64,000 bases of DNA from Basidiobolus meristosporus CBS 931.73 (taxonomy: Eukaryota; Fungi; Basidiobolomycota), in assembly GCA_002104905.1 (NCBI GenBank), contig MCFE01000178.1, positions 62,001 through 126,000 on the forward strand, written 5' to 3'. Position numbers and translations under genes: made by a program. This document shows positions 50,009 to 61,960 of this stretch, in pieces; position 1 is the stretch's first letter, and every line of letters starts with the position of its first letter. Below the pieces are notes generated by a model. That model saw nothing but the letters and a program-made list of their open reading frames with translations, searched no databases and was not told the DNA's origin.

Positions 50009-50356
50009 TTTTGTAAGAGTCTTGGAGATATTGGAAGTGATTGGCAGAATAGGTTGATTATGCAATTTTCACTTAATGATTATTTGAATGTAAAAGTAGT
50101 TTATATACTTTTACATAGTCTTAGCACAACAAGCATATTGAGTATACTTAGGAAGGTCCCAAGAGCATGTGTACAAAGTTTGGCGTGGCTTGAACAACTT
50201 TGAGAATACTCATATCTGGGTATCTGATATATTGGTGAAAATATTCATAGTAAATCCCAACAAGTAATTTGGTCAGTATTCTCTAGGATCTGAAGGTAAT
50301 GATCCAAGTGACTAAGCTAGGTGAATATTTAGGTGGAATTACAAATTTTTACAACA
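50009..50356 (-). repeat. Solo copia LTR (family A, long subtype), inverted, with perfect TSD TATTC
   Basis: Reverse complement of LTR A. tattc at 50004-50008 and 50357-50361. Confidence 0.9.
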
Positions 50357-51100
50357 TATTCCACATATTATGCAAATCAAAAAAAATATGGCCTCTTGCT
50401 TACTAACCTCTACATATGTACACACTTGCTGCAAATGACACACTTCTATGATATCAGCTTTAGAGCTTTTCAGCTTGATACTTGCAAAGTTGCCATACAC
50501 CTGGTATTGCATGTAGCCTATACATCTTGCAAACATAGGCTTGGTGCCACCACTGTTGCCATAATTATCTCTTGAGTATCCCCAAAATACTTTTTAGTAC
50601 TTAGCCAATATAAATCTTCTTCCTGCTGGATTTTGTCCTGCATTTAGGTGTGCTATGACTGTTGGGTGTGTGAAATCTGTACCAAAGGGTGTAGAAATCA
50701 GCTTATACCCAGGGGAAACCCATCATACTTTGGTAAAGTTGCTCTAATAAAAGTTATTGGCTTGTCGTTGTTGTAAAAATTTGTATTTCCACCTAAATAT
50801 TCACCTAACTTAGTCACTTAGATCATCACCTTCAAATCCTAGAGAATACTGACCAAATTCCTGGTTGGGACTTACTTAGAATATATACCCAAAACATGAA
50901 AATTCTCAAAGTTGTACAAACAGCCCCAAACTTTGCACACATGCTCTTGGGACCTTCCTTAACCTACTCCACATGCTTGTAATGCCAAGACCATGTAAAA
51001 GTATAAATACTACTCTTACATTCAATAAATTATTAAGTGAAAACCACATAATCTACTTGTTCTCCCAATCACTTCCAATATCTCCAAAACTCTTACAATA

Positions 51101-51112
51101 GGTTATGAGCCC
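51101..51112 (+). promoter_or_regulatory. Primer-binding site complementary to the anticodon stem-loop of initiator tRNA-Met
   Basis: GGTTATGAGCCC directly follows the 5-prime LTR. It is the reverse complement of GGGCUCAUAACC in fungal tRNAiMet (established knowledge; the host tRNA is not in this window). Confidence 0.85.
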
Positions 51113-54100
51113 CAAGCTGTCACTTGCTGCAATGTCTACTACTGCTATTACTGGAATTTTTCCCTCTGCTGAAAAGTTGGATGGATCTAACTACCAAGTG
51201 TGGAAGGTGAAGATGAAGATGCTTCTACAAGAAAGAGGCCTTTGGGATATTGTCATGGGAGAAGAATGCCCTCCTAAAAGCATGGGAGAGGAAGCCTTGA
51301 AGTACCAGAAGAAAGAACAAAGTGCCTTTAACTGCATTTGCCTTAATGTTCAGGACAAATTGCTAATTCAATGCTCAAGAGCAAAAACGGCAAAGAATGC
51401 CTGGAAGGCATTAGAAGACACATACCAGTCATGTTCAGCTGCCAAGAAAATGTATCTGAGACAAAAATCCTTTAGTAAAAAGATGCTGCCAGGAGAAGAA
51501 ATGAAAAATCTAATTAACAGAATTACCCTGCTGGTAGATGAAATGAAATCTGTGGGCGTACCAACTACTGATGAGGATGTGCTAGTTACCGTCCTGAATA
51601 GCCTGACAGACAAGTTTCAGGGCCTTGTATCAGCCTTAGAGTCCAGAACTGAAGATTTGACCTTAAATTACGTATATGGAAGGCTCCTGTACAAAGAATT
51701 AAGAAAATCAAGTGCCAATAAGAAGGAAGAAGAAAATGCTTTAATAAGCAATGATAACCAACAAAGGAGGTACCCAAGACCCTACAAAGGCAACAGCAAC
51801 CTGTTTTGTAACTACTGCAAAAGGAAAGGACACACCTCAGACCGGTGTCTCAAAAAGAAAGATAATTAGCAAAAGAAGCCTGAATTTGGAAATGCTGCTA
51901 CAACTGAAGATAGACTATTCATGTCTGCACTAAATATGACCACAAACAAGGATTCTCAGACGTGGCATATTGACTGTGGAGCATCTTAACACTTTACACA
52001 CCAAAAAGAACTTTTTACCCCATATCAAGAAATTCCAATTAAGAAGGTTTTCATGGGTGATGATAGAACACTTGATGCAGTGGGAGAAGGAACTATCCAA
52101 GTAAACCTTAGAAGCAGTGAAGGAAGCCATACACTGACCTTCAAAGAAGTACTCTATGTACCAGAAATAGCTAAGAACCTACTCTCTGTAAGCAAGGCCA
52201 CAGCGGAAGGACTCAGTTTCAGTTTTGACAATTCTGGATGCAGGATCACTGATCAAAATGGTGCTTATATTGCTTTGGGCATCAGAGATCAGAATCTATA
52301 CAGGTTGACTTATATTCCATCATATCTGGAAGCCAATATAAGTAACTTAAATGAAGAAACACCAATGCTTTGGCATAAGAGATTTGGACACATCAATTTT
52401 GATTATTTGCGCAAAATGATCAAAGATCAGCTAATTTCTGGAGTGAAAATTGATCCCCCAGCTAATTTGGAGCACTGTGAAGCCTGCATATATGAGAAAC
52501 AAGCCAGACAACTGTTCAAGAGCTCTGGGTTAATCAAAACTAAGAAAAAATTAGATCTAATTCACTCAGATCTGTGTGGACCTATGCAAAATTTATCCTT
52601 AGGTGGGATGAAGTATTTAATCACTTTTATTGATGATTATACAAGATACACATGGGTCTACTTCATGGAGAGAAAGGAAGAAGCTCTGTCTAAGCTCAGA
52701 GAGTTTAAAGCCATGGTGGAGAGAAAAACTGGTGAAAAAATCAAGAAAATACACTCTGACAATGGTGGAGAATATACCTCAAAACTCTCAATCCACTTCT
52801 GCAAAATTCATGGGATAAAGCAAGAGACTACTGTACCATACTCCCCACAGCAAAATGGAGTAGCAGAACAAGCTAACAGATCAATAATTGATATGGCAAG
52901 ATCTATGATCCATGATCAAAAATTATCCTATGATTTTTGGGCGGAATCAGTTGCCACCGCTGTATATCTTAAAAATAGGAGTTATAACAGAATACTTTGT
53001 GATTCTACTTCATTTGAAGCATGGTATAGATACAGACCAAGTGCCAAACATCTAAGAATATTTGGGTGTACAGCATATGCCAAAAAACTGGCCGGAAATC
53101 AGTCAAAATTTGAGCCAAAAAGTGTAAAATGCATATTTTTGGGCTACTGCAATGAGAGTAAGGCATACAGACTCTAAAATACCAAAGCAAAGAAGCTGAT
53201 CAAGTCCAGGGATGTCTTGTTTAATGAAAATTCAAAGTTTTCACAGAAAATGACAGCAGATGATAACAAAAATTTGATCTCAAGTCCACCAATTGTCAGT
53301 ATTGAATCAGAGCAAAACAATGAAGATTTTTTCTCTCCAGGGGACTCTACAACCATGGTTCAGCCAGAATCAGTGCCCAGGAATATCCCAGAAGTGATCA
53401 TTCCAGTATCAAATGCCCGGAGATCCAATTGGACAAGAAATAGCCCAATTACTATATCAATGAGGGTACAAATTTAGCCAAGTTTAATTCCATCAGATTA
53501 ATATAGGCTATTGCAGCCAAATATAAGTTTTTTATTCATCAAATAGATGTAAAAACTGCATTTTTGAATGGAGAACTTGATGAGGATGTGTATATGGACC
53601 AGCTTGATGGGTTTGTTGACCAGGATAACCCTCATTTGGTCTGCAAGCTTAAAAGTCACTGTATGGTCTCAAACAATCACCAAGAGCCTGGAATTGAAAG
53701 ATAGATTATTATTTGGAATCTTTGAGTTTCAAGAGGAGTAATGCTGACTATAGTACATACTATAAGCCCAATAGAGCAAGTCCAGTTCTATTAGCTCTAT
53801 ATGTGGATGATCTTATTATAGCTGCCAATAACCTAGAAACATTGGAAGAGACTAAATCCAGCCTATCTAAGGAGTTCAAGATGTCCAATCTAGGAGAACT
53901 TAGTTACTACTTAGGGATTAAGTTCTCCATAAACAGAAGTACCCAGACTATCACCCTAAGCCAATCCAAGTATATTCAAGATATACTAAAGAAGTATAAA
54001 ATGGAAGACTATAAACTGGCAGCTACCCCAATGGAGACAAACCTTAACTTGGTCAAAACTCAACCAAATCAAGAGAGCTTGGTTCCATCTGAAAGCCCTG

Positions 54101-55134
54101 ACTTTCCTTATCAATCTATGATCGGCAGTCTGATGTATATCATGCTTGGAACACGTCCAGATATCTCATATTTAGTGGGAGCTGTCAGCCAACATAATCA
54201 GAACTATGGATCTGATCATATTGCAGCAGTTGAGCGGATTTTTAGATACCTAAAAGGAACTGCTGATATCTGCTTAAGATACACTTATAAGGATTCAGAA
54301 CAGGATCTTGTGGGATACTCTGATGCTGATTGGGGACAAAATTTGGAAGACAGAAGATCCACCACAGGATTCACCTTTCTTTACTGTAAAGGAGCAATTT
54401 CATGGAATTCAAGAAAGCAACCAACTGTAGCACTTTCTGCTACAGAGGCAGAGTATATTGCAGCCTGTGAAGCTACAAAAGAAGCAATGTGGTTAAGAAA
54501 ACAATTTACAGATTTAGGCCTATGTCAAAAAACGCCCATTACTTTATTTCAAGATAATCAAGGATGTATACAATTAGGTAGAAGTCCAACTTTTCATGCT
54601 AGAACCAAGCACATAGATATTAGAAATCATTTCATATGTGAAGCTATAGAGAATAACTTAGTTAGCTTAGTTTACTGTCCTACAGATGAAATGATTGCAG
54701 ACATATTTACCAGACCATTAGCTAGATACTGTTGTAAGAGTCTTGGAGATATTGGAAGTGATTGGGAGAACAAGTAGATAATGTGGTTTTCACTTAATAA
54801 TTTATTGAATGTAAAAGTAGTATTTATACTTTTACATGGTCTTGGCATTACAAACACATAGAATAGGTTAAGGAAGGTCCCAAGAACATGTGTGCAAAGT
54901 TTGGGGCTGTTTGGACAACTTTGAGAATTTTCATGTTCTGGGTACCTGGTATTTTGGTGAAAATATTCTAAGTGAATCCCAACAAGGAATTTGGTCAGTA
55001 TTCTCTAGGATTTGAAGGTGATGATCTAAGTGACTAAGTTAGGTGAATATTTAGGTGGAAATACAAATTTTTACAACAGAGACAAGTTTGAATATCTTAG
55101 GTCAAAATTAGGACTAGTCAGTATGAACATTTAG
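51105..55134 (+). pseudogene. Copia gag-pol polyprotein pseudogene
   Basis: gag KLDGSNYQVWK..CNYCKRKGHTSDRC (51105-51869), protease WHIDCGAS, integrase LWHKRFGH..CEAC..IHSDLCGP..DNGGEY..QQNGVAE (52053-53177) and RT/RH LYVDDL..GYSDADW..ADIFT. In-frame stops at 51867, 51987 and 53175. Deletion at about 53475. Confidence 0.92.
54730..55078 (-). repeat. Inverted solo LTR (family A, long subtype) nested in the RNase H of the same copia family
   Basis: Reverse-complement LTR with flanks gatac/gagac. The uninterrupted copy reads gctagagacaagttt at about 13408-13422. Confidence 0.92.
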
Positions 55135-57124
55135 CTGAGTGGGAGTGTTGTAAAAATTTGTATTTCCACCTAAATATTCACCTAACTTAGTCACTTAGAT
55201 CATCACCTTCAAATCCTAGAGAATACTGACCAAATTCCTTGTTGGGATTTACTTAGAATATATACCCAGAACGTGAAAATTCTCAATGTTGTCCAAACAG
55301 CCCCAAACTCTGCACACATGTTCTTGGGACCTTCCTTAACCTATTCTACGTGTTTGTAATGCCAAGACCATGTAAAAGTATAAATACTACTTTTACATTC
55401 AATAAATTATTAAGTGAAAACCACATAATCTACTTGTTCTCCTAATCCCTTCCAATATCTCCAAGACTCTTACAACAGTTGTGTCCAACCCATCTTTGCA
55501 TTACTTAACTGATTATCCATCCATTGGGGCTGTGTAGCTTCTTGATGCCCAAGGCATAGGTGTATCCATGTGCACTTATATGCACAATATTTTCCAACTC
55601 TTCCTGGCTTTCCACCATATGCCAGCCCAGCACATTCATGACAGACTGGAAGATAATATTCTTGATGAAATTGGGATATGGCAGTAACTGCAACTTGTCT
55701 TGTTATCTCCCTACACATCTGCTCCATAGGAAACTCCCAACAGGTAACATAAGGTCCACTATTCACTGCACACTAAGCAAAATGCAGTAGAAAATTGATA
55801 AAGTAGTGGCAGAGATCTACATGTCAGCTTTATGCTTTTAGTAAAGCTGCTCAAGTCTTGTTACACACTCCTTGCATAAAAGTTGTAGATGCACTTGATT
55901 GGCATTAGTGATCTGCTTATGGATAGATATTCCTGATGTGTCAACATATGAATACTAATGTTTCCAATGTAATTTTGCTGGAAATTGCTTCAGAAGGCCA
56001 CTTGAATAATTACATATCCAGGTCATCCAGTCCTTGCATTTGTACCATAGCATATATGTATGAATATTGATTGGAGCTTGTGAGAAGTACTTTGGGTGGT
56101 AGATAATCTGTGATATCTTGCCAGATCTTTTGAATATCTCTGATATCTCAAAGAGCTCATTTAGCTTGAAATGCCCCATGAACAACTTGGTCTCTAGTAT
56201 AGGGATATTGTGGAAAAGCAAATTCATTGCTCCCAGTGGAAAGCTTTTGCTCCAGCAACTACCTTCTATCCTTAGTATCTCCAGTTTCCAGCTTGTTCCA
56301 TATTATGGCAATGGCCTATAGCTTACCAACTTTGCTGCAATTGCATGTTGACTTCTGTATGTTCTCTCTGTTGGAAGATCATGTTCTTAGTGTTGGTTTT
56401 TGGGAAATAATAATGTGTGTGAGTTATGGGGTATATCCTCTGGATCTCACACATTTGAGAGCAATACCATCTATTGTGCCCAGATAAGCTCACTATCCTG
56501 CTGAAGGCTGGGGTATCAATTACTAGTATCCCTCTGGAAAGCATACAAAACTCATCCAGCAATGGATACAGGTAGCTATCCAGGTTGGACAGTGATTTAG
56601 GCCCAGATACCAGTGAGATTACCATCAGATTTCTGCTCTGATGCTGTAAGATAGGTGGCAGATTCAGGTTGTTGTAAATCAGTGATGAGCAGGATTTGAT
56701 CATAGAGTACTTGTTTAATGAAAATCTGACAAGTTTCAAGGCAATGGCTTGGCCATACATACGTTCAAAGTAGCCCTTACTTCTTAGTTGTATGTAATAT
56801 TTGACATCAAATATAATGTAAATATTTGCGCTTGATTGATACTAAGTGTCATACATTAAAGCTTCACAATATTTGTTGGACTGCATGAGCTTCTTAAGAC
56901 AGGGTTTTACTGGAATATATCTGGAGTGTGAAGAAATTTTCTCCTTTAGTAGTAGACTCCTGACAAGTATGACACCTAGCAATGGGGCATTTTCTGATAT
57001 GAATGCCATGCAATTGTTAACACACGCTGGTATCAGGAAAGTCTCTGGCGCTGTAATTATTGAGTTGTCACCTGAATATTCACACTAACTTATTCCCATA
57101 GATCTTATTCTTTGATTAGCATTC

Positions 57125-57260
57125 TGTTGTGACCAAATTTCTTTTGGGATTTACTTACAGTATTTTTATCAAATTATCAGGTACCCATATTATGATCACT
57201 CTCAATGTTGTCCAAAAGCCCCCAAACTTTGCACACATATTCTTTGGACCTTCCTTAACA
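57125..57260 (+). repeat. Truncated or internally deleted family A LTR fragment
   Basis: tgttgt, gggatttactta and ccccaaactttgcacaca..ggaccttccttaac are shared with LTR A. No TSD. Sits between two divergent CACTA remnants. Confidence 0.65.
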
Positions 57261-57269
57261 TTGGAGATA

Positions 57270-59150
57270 CCCTAGCCATCAGCAAGATAGCAGGTTTTCC
57301 TGGGCACAATGGATGGTATTGCTGTCAAATATGTGAGATCCAGGGGATTTACTCCATAACTCATAAAATTATTATTACCCAAACTACAGCACTAAGAACA
57401 TTATCTTCCCACAGAGAGAGCAAACAGAAGTCAGCATGCATTTGCAGCAAAGTTGGCAAGCTATAAGCCATTGGCTGGAGTATGGCCAATCAGAAACCAA
57501 AGATACTTAAGATAGAGGGTATCTGTTGGAGCAAAAGCTTTCCACTGGGAGTAATACATTTGCTTTTAAACAATATTCCTATACTGATGATGAAGTTGTA
57601 CATGGGGCATTTCAAGCTAAATGTGCCCTTCAATATACCAGAGAAATTTGAAAGAATTGGCAAGATATTACAGAGTATTAGCTACCCTAAGTACTTCTCA
57701 CAGGCCCTAATCAATATTCATACGCATATGCAACAATACAAATGCAAAGATAGAATGAACTGCATATGTATTTATTCAAGTGGCATTCTAAAGCCATTCC
57801 TATTGGGAGTACATTGGAAGCATTGGGAGTCATATGTGGACATTGTAGGATTATTTATCCAGAAGCAAATCACCAATGCCAACTTGATGCATCTACAGCT
57901 GTTGTGTGAGGAGTTTGTGACGGGATTTGAGCAGCTATACTACAAGCATAAAGCTGAACATGTAGATGTGTGGGGAGATGGGAAGACAAGTCAAGTGGCA
58001 GGTACTACCATATCCTAATTTCATCAAGAATATTACCTTCAAGTCCATCATGAATGTCATGAGTTGGCACATGGAGGACAGCCATGAAAAGCTGGAAAAT
58101 ACTGAGGACAAATGTTCACATGGAGACACCTATGCCTATGGCATTAAGAGGCTAAGCAGCCCCAATGCAAGGGTAATCAGTTAAATAATGCAAAGTTGAG
58201 TTGGGTGCAACAAGCAACTAATTTTTACTAGGAAAACTCTACCAAGGTATGCTGATTTCTCTTGGTCACAAGTCAACTTCTACACCATTCAATACAGAAT
58301 TCAGACAAACAAGAGCCAGAGCACACCTGTAAGGGGGACTCAAACCCAGCACAGAGAAGGAATATATTGGCTAAGTACCAAGAAGTTCTTTGCGGATATT
58401 CAGAAGGTATTCATGGCAGAAGTGGCAACAACCAAGCATATATTTGCAAGATGTATATGTTATCAGCAGTACAAGGTATATGGCAACTTTGCAAGTATCA
58501 CACTAAAGAGCTGTAAAGCTGAGATGATATAAGTATGTCAATTGCAGCAGATGTGCATGTTTGTAGAGGTTAGTACGCAAGAGGCCATAGGGTTTTTTGA
58601 TTTAAACTATGTGTGGAATACCCAAGGTAGTAGTGAGTTAGCAAATAAAGATGGGTAATTCCACAGTGAAATATATGAATTGCACAAGGGGAGGTAGAAA
58701 AAGGAAATACTATTTGGTAAATTGGTACAGTAGCATTATACAGAACCAGCTGTAGGCCACCTTACTGCTAATATAATGCCATCAGAGTCCTGCTGTGAGA
58801 CCATTGAGATACTGTCAAGTTTCTTGCCATATAAGCCAGTTGGATCCATTTAAAATTGTGGTAGAGCGCAACAAGACTGCAACAATACCATGCAATTATT
58901 GTCACAGCACAAATCAAGTCTTATCAAGTTTTATAACTTTATTTGGCAGTAGAATTAGCAAAACACCATTGTGATCCCATCATAAGATTGTTAAGAGGGT
59001 CACTAATTCCAAGCTGCTAGTATTATGACAGTCTCTCAACAGGATCCTGCCAGCTGATCTTGATTGGATCCACCTCTGGGACCTAATTATTTTTCATAGG
59101 GAATGCAACCATCAGGAACTCAAGGCCAAGCAGAATGCACTTGACCAGTT
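57270..59150 (+). mobile_element. CACTA transposase remnant (central and C-terminal part)
   Basis: CEIQG motif (about 57330), ORF 57482-58018 (MGHFKLN..FVTGFEQLYY) and ORF 57966-58184 (VLPYPNFIKNI). Homologous to the inverted copies. Confidence 0.75.
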
Positions 59151-59279
59151 CCATGAGCATTATCATGAACTTAAACAATCTAACAGATTTTGAGCCAGCA
59201 TTGGTATGCTAAGAAAGTGTCTCAAGAATAGTAGACCCATCAAAGGCAGAAGAGCAAGGGTGCTGTGGCTAAAGGCCAG

Positions 59280-61960
59280 CAGCTTCCTCACAAGCCCACT
59301 ACAAGCAGGGCTGAAAGCTCTAAACAAGTGTAAAGGAAATGTCAGCTAGCTGGAAGAGTGCCAGTAAGGGACAAGCAGGTAGACACACATGCACCAGCAC
59401 AACATTTATCAAGGAAAAAGTGTAGCTCTATTGAAGAAGCACTTGGTCAATATAGTGGTTAAGGACCTGTCATTGATTAAAACTGGCAGTTTCCACAGGA
59501 GCCTGTCACCCCTGTGGCTGAAAGCTGAAAAAAAGCAGCAAACAAACATCAGGCTGCTTGAAGAGTGCTGGTAAGGAACAAGAAGGCAGAAATGGATGCA
59601 CCAGTGCAGCATTTATTGAAAAATACATGGAGTTCAATACAAGAAGCACTCAGACAAAGCAGTAGTGAAAGACCTGGCAGTGGTAAAGTAAAAGGTAAAG
59701 GGAAAAAGTCTTGCCAAGCCAGAGACAGGGAAGCATAAGAAAAAGCTGTATCTCTTGCAATTGATGCCTTAAGCCCAGAACAGGCCTAATCCCATCATAG
59801 CCAAAAAGAGTTACCAATAAGGCAAAAGCAATTTTCTCAAGAGTTGCAGGCACAGCCAGTTGAGCTACACTCCAGTGAGGTAGATGAGCTTGCAGAGAAA
59901 GGTAATTTGTCTCCCACACCCTCCACCTCCTCAATTATTGAGAGTGTGGAGATCCCACACACAGACAAAGTAACAATGTCAAGAACTCAAAAGACTATTG
60001 CAATGCCTACAGTGGAGTTTTGGGGCAATAACAGGCACAGCAAAAGGTATCAGCACTCCTTCAAGTGCAGTGTTCAAGAGATTACACTTGAATATTGCAA
60101 GGGTTTATTGCAAAGACTGGCAGATGAGGTGCTAGACCTTGCAGTGCTGGCTGAAGACAAAGATTTATGGGAACCAGTGAATGAACAATGTCATAAAGCC
60201 ATATGGTTCCTGCCAAAGTCATGGAAAAAGGGTATTTTAGCAGATATACTTATTGAATGGTGGATTTCAATAGAGTTACTTGTTGAGTGTGAGTCTGGGC
60301 TTAATGTTAGTGTTAGATATATGGACTTGCATAGATCAGTACAATCCAAAATTGAGTTACAACTGAAGATTGAAAAGTGATGAACCAGCTTGTATGCATG
60401 AAAAGTAAGAGCATTGTTTGAGTCAGGAAGTAAGGAGTGTAAAAAAGAAGCTTTAGCTAATCAATGTGCACAAATGTAGGAGGTGACTGAGTGTCAAGAA
60501 TCAGAAACTGAGAGAATTGAGAGAGAACCAATCAAAAGTCATTTATATTGTTCTGATGGAAGTTTTGACCAAGTTTCTTGTGAAATCTGGGATGCAATTT
60601 TTCTCAACAGTCTTTGTATGATGTCCTAACAGCATCAATACCTCTTAGTAACAGGATTTAAGATTTGTGACTGCCTTTTGATGGGATCATCACAATTATA
60701 TCTTATAGGGCCAAGCAAAGTAGTACTGAAGGACAAGGCATTGATAAATACAAGTAGCTTCCTCAAGGGCCCATTGCAAGTAGGGCTGAAAGCTCAAAAC
60801 AAGCAGCAAAGAAACATCAGTTGTACAGAAGAGTGCCAGTGAGGGACAAGCAAGCTGAAATAGAGGCACCAGTGCAGCATTTGTCAGGAAGATAATGTAG
60901 TGCAATACAAAAAACACTTATCAAAGGAGGCAGTGAAAGACCTGGCAGTGATAAAGTAAAAGGTAAAGGGAAAGAGTCTTGCCAAGCCAGAGACAGGGAA
61001 GCATGAGAAAAAGCTGCAGTTCTTGCCAATTGATGCCTTAAGCCCAGAACAGGCTTAATCCCACCATGGCCAAGAAAAATTACCAACAAGACATAAGCAA
61101 TTTTCTCAAGAGTTACAGGTGCAGCCAGTTGAGCTACACTCCAGTGAGGTAGATGAGCTTGCAGAGAAAAGCAATTTGTTTGCTACAGCCTCCACATCCT
61201 CCATTTTACATAAAGTGGAAATCCCACCAACAGGCAAAGTAACAGCATCAGAAATTAGGGGACTTTCACAATGCCTACAGTGGAACTTTAGAACATTACT
61301 AGGCACATCAAGTGGTTACAGCACTTCTTAAGTGGCAGTGCTCAAGAAAACACACAAAAGTATTGCAAGAAACTATTGCAGAGACTGGCAAATGTAGTGC
61401 TAGACCTTGCAGTGCCAGCTAAAGACCTGGACATATTTGAACCAGTGAATGAACAATGACACAGAGCTGTAGGGTTACCATCACAGACATGGGCAAAGGG
61501 TATACAGCAGAAACACATATTGAATGATAAGCATAATAAAGTTATTTGTTAAGTGTGAGATAGGGCTTAATGTTAGTGTTTGGTATAGGGATATGTAGAG
61601 GCCAGTGCAAACAGTAAATGAGTTGCAACTGAAAATTCAACAGAACTAAACCAATTTATATGCATGAAAAGTGAGAGCATTGGTTGAGTCAGGAAGTAAG
61701 AAGCATACAAAGAGGCTATAGCTACTCAATCTAAACAAATGATGGTGGTGATTGAGTGTCTGGAATTGGAAAGTGACAGAAATGTCAGAGAACCAATCAA
61801 TAACCACTGATGGATTGTTGTATTGATACTTTTGACCTAGTTTTTTGTAAAGTCTGAGATGCAACTATTTTCAACAGTTTTTGCACAGTGTCCTGATGGC
61901 ATCAATACCTCCTAGTCACAGGATTTAAGTTTTGTGATGGCCTTTTGATTGGTTCATCAC
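59280..61960 (+). repeat. Tandem duplication (about 59280-60740 and about 60770-61960) of a decayed CACTA-linked accessory ORF
   Basis: Long near-identical blocks, e.g. gtcttgccaagccagagacagggaagcat and cagccagttgagctacactccagtgaggtagatgagcttgcagag in both units. Residual ORF 59844-60380. An additional internal duplication of about 220 bp at 59300-59700. Confidence 0.8.

Larger units (their letters stand above)
50769..55477 (+). mobile_element. Ty1/copia retrotransposon with both LTRs, inactivated (stops, internal deletion, nested LTR)
   Basis: LTRs 50769-51100 and 55146-55477 (332 bp each, about 17 differences by eye). TSD gtcgt/gttgt. PBS at 51101-51112, PPT at 55137-55145. Order gag-PR-IN-RT-RH is typical of copia. 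Confidence 0.95.
49500..57100 (-). mobile_element. CACTA element split by a solo LTR (50009-50356) and a copia element (50769-55477)
   Basis: Sequences on either side of each insertion join to match the uninterrupted plus-strand copy at 58.2-59.1 kb. Transposase motifs in ORFs 56323-56760 (NLNLPP..SGPKSLSNLDSYLYPLLDEF..DTPA..GHN..C..C) and 55470-55766 (GPYVTCWEFPMEQMC). Confidence 0.8.

Noticed and set aside
51867-51875. TAG-CAA between gag and pol as programmed stop-codon readthrough
   Set aside because: Only CAA of the CARYYA readthrough context is present, and further in-frame stops at 51987 and 53175 show the ORF is simply decayed.
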